Assembly (NCBI GenBank): GCA_944391565.1
Contig: CALXUB010000019.1
Span: forward strand, 6,919-70,918
Origin: an uncultured Alphaproteobacteria bacterium
GTDB lineage: Bacteria > Pseudomonadota > Alphaproteobacteria > CAAHEQ01 > UBA3637
DNA: 64,000 nucleotides
Reading direction: 5' to 3'
The notes beneath the pieces were generated by a model. It did not search any database. It worked only from the letters and a program-made list of their open reading frames with translations, and had not been told where the DNA came from. Within the stretch, counting starts at the first letter, position 1. Every line of letters starts with the position of its first letter. This document shows, piece after piece, positions 41,631 through 51,343 of this stretch. The translations under genes and the position numbers were made by a program.

Positions 41631-43793
41631 TTATTCCTCCAGCTCGTAAATTTCTTCCTGAAGCGAGTTTGCCAAACTGTCCAAATCCGTATTTTCACGT
41701 TGTGCCACAATCCAATAAGGCACAAACGGCGCTCGCGGCAATGAACATTTTTTGCGCATTCCTTTATCTAAATACCAACGCGGCGCATCCGCCAAAATCG
41801 GACGATTCAAAAAGCCCTGCATAATCACATACTGCTTCAGCATATCCAAGCTCATCATTTCGGAAGCACCCACCACTTGTGTGGCCTGAAGCTGTTTGGA
41901 TACGTTAGCGGACAACTTCGGATTAAACCCAAAAGATTCCTGTTGCGACACACTGGCCGTTTGAATGGTTTTGGTACCGATCATTTTCGAAAAACGTTCG
42001 GCCGTTTGTTCATTGTTCTGCGCCAAAATCACTTTCGCCGCCGTTGTTGTAATAATCGTTTCCAAATCATCCTTACCATATTGACCGGAAATCTGTCCCA
42101 AATCCTGCCCGATCAACAAGTAAGACACTTTTTGTCCGCGTCCCACGGCCGGACCGTCTTTCACTGCGGCCAGCTTCGGCATCTGCGGGAATTCGTCCAA
42201 CACGAATAAAACAGGATAAGGTCCCGATTTAACCCCATCCGTTCCGACAAAGTTTGGCGGATTGGCAATCAAAAAAGAGCTCATCAATTCAACGAACATA
42301 CCGGTAATCACCGACAAAGCCCGCGCATCTACCTGATTTACGGACAAATACACGGAAATTGGTTTCATCTCACCCGTTATAGGATCCTTCATACCGCGCA
42401 AATCACGGAACGTAAAATCCGAAAAGCGCGTACGAGCCCGAACGGCCGAGTTTTTAAAGACACCGATCCCCGTTAAAGCCGTTGATAAAATAGAGCCGCG
42501 TTCCTTATCCGGCGTGCTGGCCAGCTGGTTCATTTCCAACATCGCGCGTTGAGAATAGTGAAACCGGGAACACTCGTTCACGGCGAAATCCAACACATCC
42601 CGCATAGGATCTGCCAACGCTGCCATTTGATCACCCGCATCGGCACGGCGTTTAATATCTGCCGCGATTTTCATTTGTGTGTCATTTAACCAATCCAAAA
42701 TCATGGCAATACACGGCTCGGCCCCATGCCAATACTCGGGCAATCCCTCCCAAGTGCCGATCGGAGCATAGCTGTCATACGTCAGGGTTCCCTGCTGCAA
42801 AGCATCCAACGCCGTCCGTGCGCTCATATCGGGCATATCGGCATAATAAGTAGCCAAAACCTTAGCATCCTCGGCATCAAAGCTGCCATCCATCAAACGA
42901 GCCACAAAGTAGTCGTTGGCGCGGGCACGTTCACACTTACTGGCAATAAAATGCAAAAAACCGGACATGGCGTTTCGACCGGTCTTGGACCAGTGCGGAT
43001 CCGCGCCGCCCTTTGGTTCTTCGACAATCACGGCCACCATGCTGTCGATATACATGTCGCGCGCCGGACCGGCAGGCGGCAGACAGCTGGGTGACAACGG
43101 GTTCCAAGACGGATAAAACTCCCCTTTTTCAGGGTTATCTTCCGCACCCCAGTTAATAATAAACACAGGCCCCTGCGTCGCACGATAACCGGAGGTGTTA
43201 AAGCACAATTCCGGCTTGGGGTCATTGACGATAATACTCATACCGGGTGATTCCAAAATTGTCGGTATCACAACCCCCACCGTTTTACCGGTTCCGGGAG
43301 GTGCCACCACCAAAGCTGACAATGTTTCCGGCATCTTTAAAAGCTTGCCCTTAAACCGACCGAGAACAATAACAAAGCCATTAAATAACTTCATCTTTTT
43401 AATATCGGCATAGGTGGCAAGTCGCCCGCCGCCGAAGGTTTTTAACATAAAGTCATTCGGATTTAAAATAGCAGCAATCGCAAAAATCCCCGCCCCGATG
43501 ATCCACGGCAGAATTAAAATGAACACACGGGCAAATTGTCCGACCCGCAGACTTTTGGCAAGACCCAGGTTATACTGAGAAAATAAAAACTTCGGATTTT
43601 TAACCGACTCGACGAAAAAGTTAATGGAAGTCGCCAAAGACTGTCGACTGAGGCCGTTTTCAATAATATGATTGATCGGAATAATCAAGAAAAATAAAAC
43701 AACCGCCGTCACCAGACCGATAAAAGCCCATACGACTAAAAACGATACCGCCTTATCGCGATCAGCATATTCCGCAGCACGTTGAAAAACCAT
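41631..43793 (-). CDS. type IV secretion system coupling protein (VirD4/TraG family)
   Basis: 720 aa with N-terminal transmembrane helices, Walker A (VVAPPGTGKTVGVVIPT), and T4CP-like length and architecture. No other T4SS genes are in the window. Confidence 0.75.
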   Translation of the reverse strand: MVFQRAAEYADRDKAVSFLVVWAFIGLVTAVVLFFLIIPINHIIENGLSRQSLATSINFFVESVKNPKFLFSQYNLGLAKSLRVGQFARVFILILPWIIGAGIFAIAAILNPNDFMLKTFGGGRLATYADIKKMKLFNGFVIVLGRFKGKLLKMPETLSALVVAPPGTGKTVGVVIPTILESPGMSIIVNDPKPELCFNTSGYRATQGPVFIINWGAEDNPEKGEFYPSWNPLSPSCLPPAGPARDMYIDSMVAVIVEEPKGGADPHWSKTGRNAMSGFLHFIASKCERARANDYFVARLMDGSFDAEDAKVLATYYADMPDMSARTALDALQQGTLTYDSYAPIGTWEGLPEYWHGAEPCIAMILDWLNDTQMKIAADIKRRADAGDQMAALADPMRDVLDFAVNECSRFHYSQRAMLEMNQLASTPDKERGSILSTALTGIGVFKNSAVRARTRFSDFTFRDLRGMKDPITGEMKPISVYLSVNQVDARALSVITGMFVELMSSFLIANPPNFVGTDGVKSGPYPVLFVLDEFPQMPKLAAVKDGPAVGRGQKVSYLLIGQDLGQISGQYGKDDLETIITTTAAKVILAQNNEQTAERFSKMIGTKTIQTASVSQQESFGFNPKLSANVSKQLQATQVVGASEMMSLDMLKQYVIMQGFLNRPILADAPRWYLDKGMRKKCSLPRAPFVPYWIVAQRENTDLDSLANSLQEEIYELEE

Positions 43794-43797
43794 CCCC

Positions 43798-44907
43798 CTA
43801 CTCCTCTTTTTCTAAAGCTGTTTCCACCGAAGCGAAGACATCATCGGCCATCGGTTCGATACTGGTCGGAAAAGCGTCCGTGAAAGAAGGCAATTCTTCG
43901 GGCATTCCCAGATCCGTACGCGCAACCGTCACATCCATTTCTTTCCAAATATCTTTCATGTCTTCGGCATTGATAATATTGCCTTTTGTTTTAACAAGCA
44001 GCACATGCGGCGTCAAGGTAATCCCGGCGCTGCCCAAAGTCGCTCCCAGCCGTTCGGCCGCCCGCCGCAATACCGTCAAAGGTGAAATGCGGTGCGCGCT
44101 TTCCGAAAACCACAACGGATCTTCATCATTAAAGCGTTCTTCATCTGCCAACCAATCGCCCGGTTCATTATCCAACAAGACCAAATAAGCATCTTTTTGC
44201 CCGAAAGCGACATAATCCATACGATCCTCGCCCAAACGCACATTCTTTTGAATACGTGCACCGGCATTTTCCATAATGGCGTTTAAATCCTCACGCAGCG
44301 GTTCGACAGGTGTCTCGCTCATTGTCAAAGCATCGCTTTGCGGCAGAGTCCCGGCAGCGGCAAACGGCGAAGAAGACGCCAAATCATCCGGCAATTCCCG
44401 ATGTGAAAAATGCGGTGTTTCATCAGACGGACGACGAGGCGCAGCATCCATCAAAAACCCGGGTTCCTGTTCGGCCGCAGGAGGCATGGGCGCCTGAGCT
44501 GCGCTCATCACGGCCGTCAAAGGCTTTGGTCGAATTTCTTTGTAAGAACGTTTTTTACGTACGCGAATTTTCTTGTTTTGCTGCTGCACCTTTTTGGTTT
44601 TGTTTTGGTAAATCCAATCCCAGAACAGCTTTTCCATCAGGCTTGTATAATTGACGGAAGCCAAAAAGAAAAATCCCATCAGCCAAACGGGAATGGCGAA
44701 AAACAAACTTAACACGAAAATCCAGTAATAGCTGCCTTGAATCACCCAGCCGCCATACCACCATTGTTGGAAAATATATTGCCAATGATAACCCAAGAAA
44801 ATATCAAAATCCCAGTTTGTCAGCAGGAACCAATGAAACCACAAAAAGAACAAAAACGTCCAAAGGGTAAAAATAAATGTGTCGCGCAGCAGATTTTTAA
44901 AGTTCAT
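43798..44907 (-). CDS. membrane-anchored hypothetical protein (369 aa)
   Basis: Aromatic-rich N-terminal transmembrane region (…FIFTLWTFLFFLWFHWFLL…) followed by a hydrophilic acidic C-terminus. Sits immediately upstream of the T4CP gene, with a 4 nt gap. Confidence 0.5.
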   Translation of the reverse strand: MNFKNLLRDTFIFTLWTFLFFLWFHWFLLTNWDFDIFLGYHWQYIFQQWWYGGWVIQGSYYWIFVLSLFFAIPVWLMGFFFLASVNYTSLMEKLFWDWIYQNKTKKVQQQNKKIRVRKKRSYKEIRPKPLTAVMSAAQAPMPPAAEQEPGFLMDAAPRRPSDETPHFSHRELPDDLASSSPFAAAGTLPQSDALTMSETPVEPLREDLNAIMENAGARIQKNVRLGEDRMDYVAFGQKDAYLVLLDNEPGDWLADEERFNDEDPLWFSESAHRISPLTVLRRAAERLGATLGSAGITLTPHVLLVKTKGNIINAEDMKDIWKEMDVTVARTDLGMPEELPSFTDAFPTSIEPMADDVFASVETALEKEE

Positions 44908-45068
44908 TCCAAAAACCTTTCTTTTTTATTTTTTGTCATTATACATAAATTGAGAACATTTTGCCAGCACAAAATGAAAAATTATTCATTTTTTCAAAAA
45001 TGATGACAAAAAAACGTTAAAAAAGAGACTTATGTTTATTTGAAAAGGCGAAAAAATGCGTTTTTCAA

Positions 45069-45100
45069 GAAAAAATCCCGGGCGCGCGAACGGCCCGGGA
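45069..45100 (-). terminator. rho-independent terminator downstream of RHH paralog 2
   Basis: The stem cccgggc-gcgcgaacg-gcccggg is followed by a U-run on the minus strand (plus-strand aaaaaatcccgggc…). Confidence 0.55.
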
Positions 45101-45115
45101 AGTCCGGCGGATTAA

Positions 45116-45412
45116 TTATTGAGCCCGAACGGCATTTAAAACTTGTTCCACCCGAAAACTCGGCGCCGCCTCAACCACAGGCTTTATGTTGACTTCATAC
45201 TTCGCCAAAGACCGACGATAATATGTCAACACAAACAAACGCGTCGCCGACGATAAACCTGATGAGCCTTTGGAACTGTCAATCAACGAACACAATTTAT
45301 AAAGTGAAATATTCTCGCGTTTGCAGATATCCGATAACGCCGCCCACGTTTCTTTATCCAAACGCATACTGGTTCTACGGCCGTTCACAACAACATTTTT
45401 ACATAAAAGCAT
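45116..45412 (-). CDS. ribbon-helix-helix domain protein (COG4321-like), copy 2
   Basis: Track ORF 45116..45448. Start MLLCKNVVVNGRRTSMRLDKETWAALSDICKRENISL aligns with copy 1 at 8112..8405. Confidence 0.5.
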   Translation of the reverse strand: MLLCKNVVVNGRRTSMRLDKETWAALSDICKRENISLYKLCSLIDSSKGSSGLSSATRLFVLTYYRRSLAKYEVNIKPVVEAAPSFRVEQVLNAVRAQ

Positions 45413-45550
45413 TGTTTTTTCCCCTTCTTTGTTATATTTTATAAACATACGATTTCGTGACGAATCGACAACGCACTTATTATAAGAATATTATATTAAA
45501 TATGCAACTTTTATTTGTAATATTCTCGTTAAAATTTGGAAAAATGATAA

Positions 45551-46099
45551 ATGGACTTCGGTAAAAAAGGAGCAACTCCTTCAAAACAAAGAATTTGTGA
45601 CCATCCGAACTGCGATAAGGAAGGGCTGTATCGTGCACCCAAAGACCGCACGCTTCGCGAGCATTACTGGTTTTGCCTGGAGCATGTCCAACAATACAAC
45701 AAGAACTGGAATTATTACGAAGGGTTGGGACCCGAACAGATTGAAGAAGAAATCCGGCGCGATATCGTAGGACATCGGCCGACTTGGAAAGTCAACGATC
45801 TATATGCCAACAGATTGAAAGACCCGTTTGATATTTTAGGATTGGGGCGTCGCCGTCCGCGTCCGACGTCTTTTAGCGAACAGCAAAAAGAACGGCCTTC
45901 GTTGGTGACCATCGAACATTTGGAAGCAATTAAAACTTTGAAATTAACGCCGCCCATTACATTGGACAGTGTCAAAAAAAATTATAAAACACTCGCCAAG
46001 AAATATCATCCGGACAAAAACAATGGCGATAAAAAAGCGGAAGAAACCTTTAAGTCCATTACCTGTGCCTATCGGCTGCTGTTAAAAGCTTTGAAATAA
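45551..46099 (+). CDS. J-domain protein with N-terminal Cys/His zinc-finger-like region
   Basis: 182 aa with a C-terminal J domain (YKTLAKKYHPDKNNGD with the HPD motif). N-terminal CDHPNC…HYWFCLEH. Confidence 0.65.
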   Translation: MDFGKKGATPSKQRICDHPNCDKEGLYRAPKDRTLREHYWFCLEHVQQYNKNWNYYEGLGPEQIEEEIRRDIVGHRPTWKVNDLYANRLKDPFDILGLGRRRPRPTSFSEQQKERPSLVTIEHLEAIKTLKLTPPITLDSVKKNYKTLAKKYHPDKNNGDKKAEETFKSITCAYRLLLKALK

Positions 46100-46135
46100 A
46101 GGGCCGCCGAGGCAGCCCTTTTCATAAAATATGTC

Positions 46136-47143
46136 CTAATCGCGCCCTGAACGGTTAATTCCGATTTTGGAACGAATGATTTGAATACCCTCTTGCGCGA
46201 TGGGCCGAACTTTTTTCTGTCCTTCGGCCAAAATATCAAAAACCGTGTCGGGATGCGCTTTCAAATCCTCATAAATGGCACGAGGACCCGAGAAGTATTC
46301 AATAAACTTTTCATACAGTTTTTGTTTAGCCTCGCCATACGAAATTCCCGAACGAAAAGCCTCGGCAAAAGCTGCTGTTTCTTCGGCAGACGCCAATTCT
46401 TTATAAATCAAATAAATTAAATTGCCATCCGTTTCTTTAGGCTCGTTGGCGCCTTTGCAGTCGGTTTTAATGCTGTTAATAATTTTTTTGATTTTGTTGT
46501 CGGGTTCGAACAAAGGGATGGTGTTGCCATAGCTTTTACTCATTTTACGACCGTCTAATCCCGGTAAAACAGCCACCTCATCTTTAACCAATGCTTCGGG
46601 GATTTTAAAAGTTTTCCCGAAAACATGGTTAAACTTAATAGCCAAATCGCGCGTATACTCCAAATGCTGCACCTGATCCTGACCCACCGGCACATAATCG
46701 GCGTTAAACATTAAAATATCTGCCGCCATCAACACCGGATAGTTAAACAGCCCCATATTAACCCCGTCATCTTCATCACGCCCTTCAGCTTTGTTTTTAT
46801 CTACCACCGCTTTGTAGGCATGCGCCCGATTCATAAAGCCTTTGGGACAAACGCATTGCAAAATCAAAGCCAGCTCAAAAATCTCGGGAATATCGGATTG
46901 GCGGTAAAAATACGTCTGAGCCGGATCCAACCCCAGTGCCAGATATGTCAGCGCCACTTCCAAAACCAACTCGCGCATCAGTTTTTGATCCTGCACAAAA
47001 TTTAAAGCGTGATAATCGGCGATAAATAAAAAAGAGTGATAATCGCTGTGAGAGGCCAATTCAAGCCCCGGCTTTAACATTCCCAGATAATTGCCTAAAT
47101 GTGGTCTTCCCGTCGGTTTAATGCCTGATAAAAGTGTTTTCAT
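46136..47143 (-). CDS. trpS: tryptophanyl-tRNA synthetase
   Basis: Track ORF 46136..47164. Start MKTLLSGIKPTGRPHLGNYLG (HIGH-like region) and a KMSKS motif (KMSKSYGN). Confidence 0.85.
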   Translation of the reverse strand: MKTLLSGIKPTGRPHLGNYLGMLKPGLELASHSDYHSFLFIADYHALNFVQDQKLMRELVLEVALTYLALGLDPAQTYFYRQSDIPEIFELALILQCVCPKGFMNRAHAYKAVVDKNKAEGRDEDDGVNMGLFNYPVLMAADILMFNADYVPVGQDQVQHLEYTRDLAIKFNHVFGKTFKIPEALVKDEVAVLPGLDGRKMSKSYGNTIPLFEPDNKIKKIINSIKTDCKGANEPKETDGNLIYLIYKELASAEETAAFAEAFRSGISYGEAKQKLYEKFIEYFSGPRAIYEDLKAHPDTVFDILAEGQKKVRPIAQEGIQIIRSKIGINRSGRD

Positions 47144-47473
47144 TTTTTTCTCCTGTTTTTTCATTAAATTTTTATCGTCCGGAGAAAGATATAAAAAAAG
47201 CCGCCCTTTTCCGGACGACCTGTTTGTTCATACCAAAAAGCTCGTCCTATATCGACAAGCGCCACCAGTTTTTTTGAGCTTTTTGAAATAAAAACATTTT
47301 CTTTCCTTTCGAGGCAAAGTTTACCAAAAAGCATCAACACTTGTCAACTCTTTTTTTGATGCATGCGGGCAGCATTCCCAAAAAAAAAGGTGTTTTGTCG
47401 TTGATTTTACTATTGACAAAAAAATTGACAAGATGTATGATGAATTTTTCTTATCATAATAAAGGAGCAAAAA

Positions 47474-48214
47474 ATGAGCCGAGATTACGAATTGATACAA
47501 GCTGTTAAAGAAAACGACACGGCAGGAGCATTAACCTTAATGAGCCATTCATTCGATCCGATGATACGGGACAACGAAAAAGATGAAACGCTGATGATTA
47601 TGGCTGCCCGCCACTTGAATTTGACACTGATGTACAAACTTTACGATGCCGCCAAAGCAAAAGGCGTTGAAGAACTGCTTATCAAATCTCGGACCTTAAC
47701 CGGTATGACGCCGCTGATGATCGCGGCCCGCGGTAAAACGTCTTCCTTCGAACAAGCCGAAGAAGAAATGAAAGGCACTGTTCATGCTGATAAAACAATT
47801 GAAGACGGTATCTTCAGCGACGCTTACATTCAAAATGTCGTTCATGTTATGAATATTCATATGGAAAATCTTCGCGCCAGCGCAGCCTGCGCACACTTTT
47901 TACTGCAAGCCGGTGCCGATATTTCTGCACAAGACATCAATGGCGACACCCCTCTGCATCATGCTGCCCGCGCCGGAAATGTTTATCGGGATCAAAACGG
48001 TATCCTCCAAGGCGCATTGCCGGTCTTACTGTCCCATCCGACTGTTGATTTTTTCAAAACCAACAAAGAAGGCGAAACACCCTTCTACACAGCTCTGCAT
48101 GAACGGAATTGCTTGGCACTGCACGTCATCGGCAAAGCCATGAAACAGGCTCGGCAAAACATCGTGCAACAAGCATATACCCTTTTAAAAAATGCTGAAC
48201 GAACACGCGAATAA
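47474..48214 (+). CDS. ankyrin-repeat protein (246 aa)
   Basis: At least three ANK-like repeats (…GMTPLMIAARGK…, …GDTPLHHAARAGN…, …GETPFYTALHERN…). Confidence 0.7.
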   Translation: MSRDYELIQAVKENDTAGALTLMSHSFDPMIRDNEKDETLMIMAARHLNLTLMYKLYDAAKAKGVEELLIKSRTLTGMTPLMIAARGKTSSFEQAEEEMKGTVHADKTIEDGIFSDAYIQNVVHVMNIHMENLRASAACAHFLLQAGADISAQDINGDTPLHHAARAGNVYRDQNGILQGALPVLLSHPTVDFFKTNKEGETPFYTALHERNCLALHVIGKAMKQARQNIVQQAYTLLKNAERTRE

Positions 48215-48265
48215 ACATCGATTAAAAGATTAACATTCTGAAAAACAAAAGACATCTTTAAAAGC

Positions 48266-48291
48266 CGACCCTCTTGGAAACAAGGGGGTCG
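48266..48291 (+). terminator. hairpin downstream of ankyrin gene (cgaccctcttg-gaaa-caagggggtcg)
   Basis: An 11-bp stem with one mismatch, but no clear T-run. Confidence 0.3.
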
Positions 48292-48403
48292 CTGACAAAA
48301 AACAAGCGCGAAGATAAAAAGGGCCTTTTTGCCGCCCCTAAACCCAATTCAAAAAGGCCCTTTTTCGCTATGAATTTGACTATTATTAAATAGAGCAGCA
48401 AAC

Positions 48404-48615
48404 AGGCCGCCCGTGGAAATCTTCGCGCGGCGCGGACAGCTTATCAATCAAAAGCGCGCTTCCTGGTTCTCAGGGGGGCCCAGGGGCGGGCTGATTGTCT
48501 AAAAAAACTTTTTTACTGATTTATTTTAAAACAAGCGCACTTGTTTAAATAAAGGAACGCTTAAATATGAAGGAAGGCCGCCCGCGCGCCGCGAAGAATT
48601 CGCGGGCGGCCTTTC
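48404..48615. repeat. pair of related ~35-nt GC-rich elements in inverted orientation (48404-48435 and 48576-48611); the second forms a perfect 11-bp hairpin + T-run
   Basis: aggccgcccgtggaaatcttcgcgcggcgcgg versus ggccgcccgcgcgccgcgaagaattcgcgggcggcc-tttc. These are GC islands in an AT-rich intergenic region. Confidence 0.4.
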
Positions 48616-48730
48616 ATTCAAAAACAACACACACACTTCAATACAAATTCCTTTTTCAATAAAATAATCATAGACAAAAAAACTACAAATCTGCTATCAT
48701 ACTCTCAGAACACATGAAAGGAGCTTAACC

Positions 48731-49491
48731 ATGTTCACTTTAACCAAAATTACCCCCCCCACCCCCCTGTTCTCCTCGTTAACCTAACTATCTGCTTCTG
48801 TTTTTCTCTTCCTGCTCACGCTAAAATCATTCAAAGAAAAATGCACATGGTCTGTCAAGAACATGAGTCTGCTTATTGGGACGGATCTAAAGGTGTCTGC
48901 TGTGACGGAAGCGTCTATCAACCAGACATTGAAGACACTTCTTATGCCTGTTGCCCAACTGGAAAAGAAGTCTCTACCGTTATGGGAAAAGAAAACCTCA
49001 ACTAGTGTTGCTCAGAAGGACAAAAGGCTTATTGGAACGGATCTTCTGCCCAGTGCTGTGCGACCGCAACGCATCAAATCGTCACTAACTACATCAACGG
49101 CGTCGAAGATGCAGGATATGCCTGCTGCGAAGTTAAAGAAGATTATTCAAAAACATACTATGATGGAGATATTACCGAGACTGATTATTACTCCGGATAT
49201 TCCATTGCGGGGGCTGTTAACGGCAAATGCTGCGGCGGATATGCCAGTATTACTTATGCTGATTATGGTCAATCAACAAACAGTCATGCTGTCCGCCAAA
49301 ACGGCGGTGTTTACTATTGTGCTTCAAACTACAATAGAGTAGACTTATATACAGGAGATGAAACGCGGACATATGTCAGCAATAGCCAAGTTTGTTATGG
49401 TATCGGCCATGGGTACGAATATTGCTACTGCACAACGACAGGAGACCCAGACAAAGGAAACATATGCTGTTTTTATCCTGACTGTCCTTAG
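48731..49491 (+). pseudogene. phase-variable / disrupted secreted cysteine-rich protein gene (ATG 48731 out of frame by +1 with downstream frame; in-frame TAG at 49003-49005)
   Basis: The ATG-led frame MFTLTKITPPTPLFSSLT* stops at 48785-48787. The frame open from 48730 encodes …VLLVNLTICFCFSLPAHA (signal-peptide-like), then Cys-rich CQEHESAYWDGSKGVCCDG…, a TAG, then CCSEGQKAYWNGSSAQCC… through to the stop at 49489-49491. A +1 C insertion would fuse the ATG to this frame. Confidence 0.5.
48753..48767 (+). repeat. homopolymeric C tracts (C8-A-C6) inside the 5' end of a coding frame – candidate slipped-strand phase-variation site
   Basis: Counted directly: tacccccccc acccccc. Lies between an ATG (48731) and an out-of-frame signal-peptide/Cys-rich reading frame. 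Confidence 0.6.
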
Positions 49492-49501
49492 TCTTTCAGC
49501 T

Positions 49502-51175
49502 TTAACGCGTTAACGGTTTGTATTTAATGCGATGCGGGCCGGCGGCTTCGACGCCCAAGCGCCGTTTTTTGTCGGCTTCATATTCCTCGTAATTACCTTC
49601 GAACCAAACGACCCGGCTATCGCCTTCAAAAGCCAAAATATGTGTCGCCAACCGATCCAAAAACCATCTGTCGTGAGACGTAATCACGGCACAGCCGGCA
49701 AAATCCAGCAAGGCTTCTTCAAGCGCACGCAAAGTATCTACGTCTAAATCATTGGTCGGTTCGTCCAACAAAATCACATTTGCTCCTTGTTTGAGCATTT
49801 TTGCCAAATGCACGCGATTGCGCTCACCGCCGGACAGCTGCCCGACCTTTTTTTGTTGATCGCCGCCTTTAAAGTTAAACTGCGCCACATATGACCGAGA
49901 CGGCACCTCGCGTTTGCCCAGCGTTAAGAGGTCTTTGCCGTCTGAAATCTCCTGCCACACGGTTTTGTTCGGATCCAGCTCATCACGTGTCTGATCGACA
50001 TAGCCCAGATGAACGGTTTCTCCGACGCGAAATGTGCCGGCATCAGGTTTTTCCTGTCCGGTAATGATTTTCATCAAAGTTGTTTTGCCGGCGCCGTTCG
50101 GACCGATGACACCGACAATACCGCCGGGCGGCAAGCTGAAAGTCAGATTTTCAAACAACAATTTATCGCCGAAACCTTTTTTCAAATCCTTTGCTTCCAA
50201 CACCAGATCCCCCAACCGCTCAGCCGTCGGAATGATAATCCGTGCTGTCGCGGGTGCTTTATCCGAAGCTTTTTTCACCAACTCCTCAAAAGCCGCAATT
50301 CGTGCTTTGGATTTTGCCTGACGTGCCTTGGGAGACTGCCGTATCCATTCCAGTTCCTCTTTCATCGTACGCTGACGCGCAGTTTCCTCGCGCTCTTCCT
50401 GAGCCAATCGTTTTTCCTTTTGTTCCAACCAGGAAGAATAATTCCCCTCGTAAGGAATGCCCTCTCCGCGATCCAGTTCCAAAATCCAGCCTGTCACGTT
50501 ATCCAAAAAATACCGGTCATGTGTCACCATCACGATTGTTCCCGGATAGTCTTTTAAGTGTGTCTGAAGCCATTCCACCGATTCGGCATCCAAATGATTG
50601 GTCGGTTCGTCCAAAAGCAGCAAGTCGGGTTTACTGAGCAGCAAACGACACAACGCGACGCGACGACGTTCACCTCCCGACAGCTTGGTCACATCCGCCT
50701 CCCCGGGCGGACAACGCAAAGCATCCATGGCAATATCAATCATGCGTTCCAGCTCCCACCCGTTGCAGGCGTCGATTTTTTCCTGAAGCTCAGCCTGTTC
50801 AGCCAACAGAGCATCCATATCGGCATCCGGATCGGCAAACTTCATGTTGACGTCTTCAAACTTTTTCAACAAGTCACGGATTTCACCCACACCGTCCATG
50901 ATGTTTTCCATAACATTTTTGGCGGGATCCAGCTGTGGTTCCTGTTCCAAATATCCGATACGAACCCCCTCGGCCGCCCATGCTTCCCCTCTGAAGTCCG
51001 TATCCAAGCCGGCCATGATTTTCAACAAAGTCGATTTACCGGCGCCGTTCGGTCCCAAAACACCGATTTTCGCTCCCGGATAAAAAGACAACCAAATATG
51101 CTTTAACACTTCTTTGCCGCCCGGCCAGGTTTTGCATAAATCTTTCATTACATAAATATATTGATACGCCGCCAT
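49502..51175 (-). CDS. ettA: ABC-F family ATPase EttA-like (energy-dependent translational throttle)
   Basis: Track ORF 49502..51235. Probable start [13 protein letters not shown], giving ~557 aa. Two ABC cassettes with Walker A motifs (GPNGAGKST and GPNGAGKTT). The C-terminus is typical of EttA. Confidence 0.8.
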   Translation of the reverse strand: MAAYQYIYVMKDLCKTWPGGKEVLKHIWLSFYPGAKIGVLGPNGAGKSTLLKIMAGLDTDFRGEAWAAEGVRIGYLEQEPQLDPAKNVMENIMDGVGEIRDLLKKFEDVNMKFADPDADMDALLAEQAELQEKIDACNGWELERMIDIAMDALRCPPGEADVTKLSGGERRRVALCRLLLSKPDLLLLDEPTNHLDAESVEWLQTHLKDYPGTIVMVTHDRYFLDNVTGWILELDRGEGIPYEGNYSSWLEQKEKRLAQEEREETARQRTMKEELEWIRQSPKARQAKSKARIAAFEELVKKASDKAPATARIIIPTAERLGDLVLEAKDLKKGFGDKLLFENLTFSLPPGGIVGVIGPNGAGKTTLMKIITGQEKPDAGTFRVGETVHLGYVDQTRDELDPNKTVWQEISDGKDLLTLGKREVPSRSYVAQFNFKGGDQQKKVGQLSGGERNRVHLAKMLKQGANVILLDEPTNDLDVDTLRALEEALLDFAGCAVITSHDRWFLDRLATHILAFEGDSRVVWFEGNYEEYEADKKRRLGVEAAGPHRIKYKPLTR

Positions 51176-51343
51176 GTTGTTTTCCTTTCTTGTTTCAATG
51201 GATGTGTTTGTAGCATGATCTTTTCTTTTTTTCAACCTTTTTAAAAACCGTAAAAAAGAGGTTGATTTTTATCCTTTTTTCATATATAATTCGATGTATT
51301 CATTTATCCGATTTTATGTTATTTTAAACAAGGGGACACAAGC

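Noticed and set aside
48863-49342. Track ORF (159 aa, MSLLIGTDLKV…) at the contingency locus
   Set aside because: It lies in a different frame from the Cys-rich module frame, which shows clear internal repeat structure and a signal peptide. It is probably a chance open frame.
50009-51106. Plus-strand ORFs (182 aa each) antisense to ettA
   Set aside because: They are antisense to a well-supported ABC-F gene.
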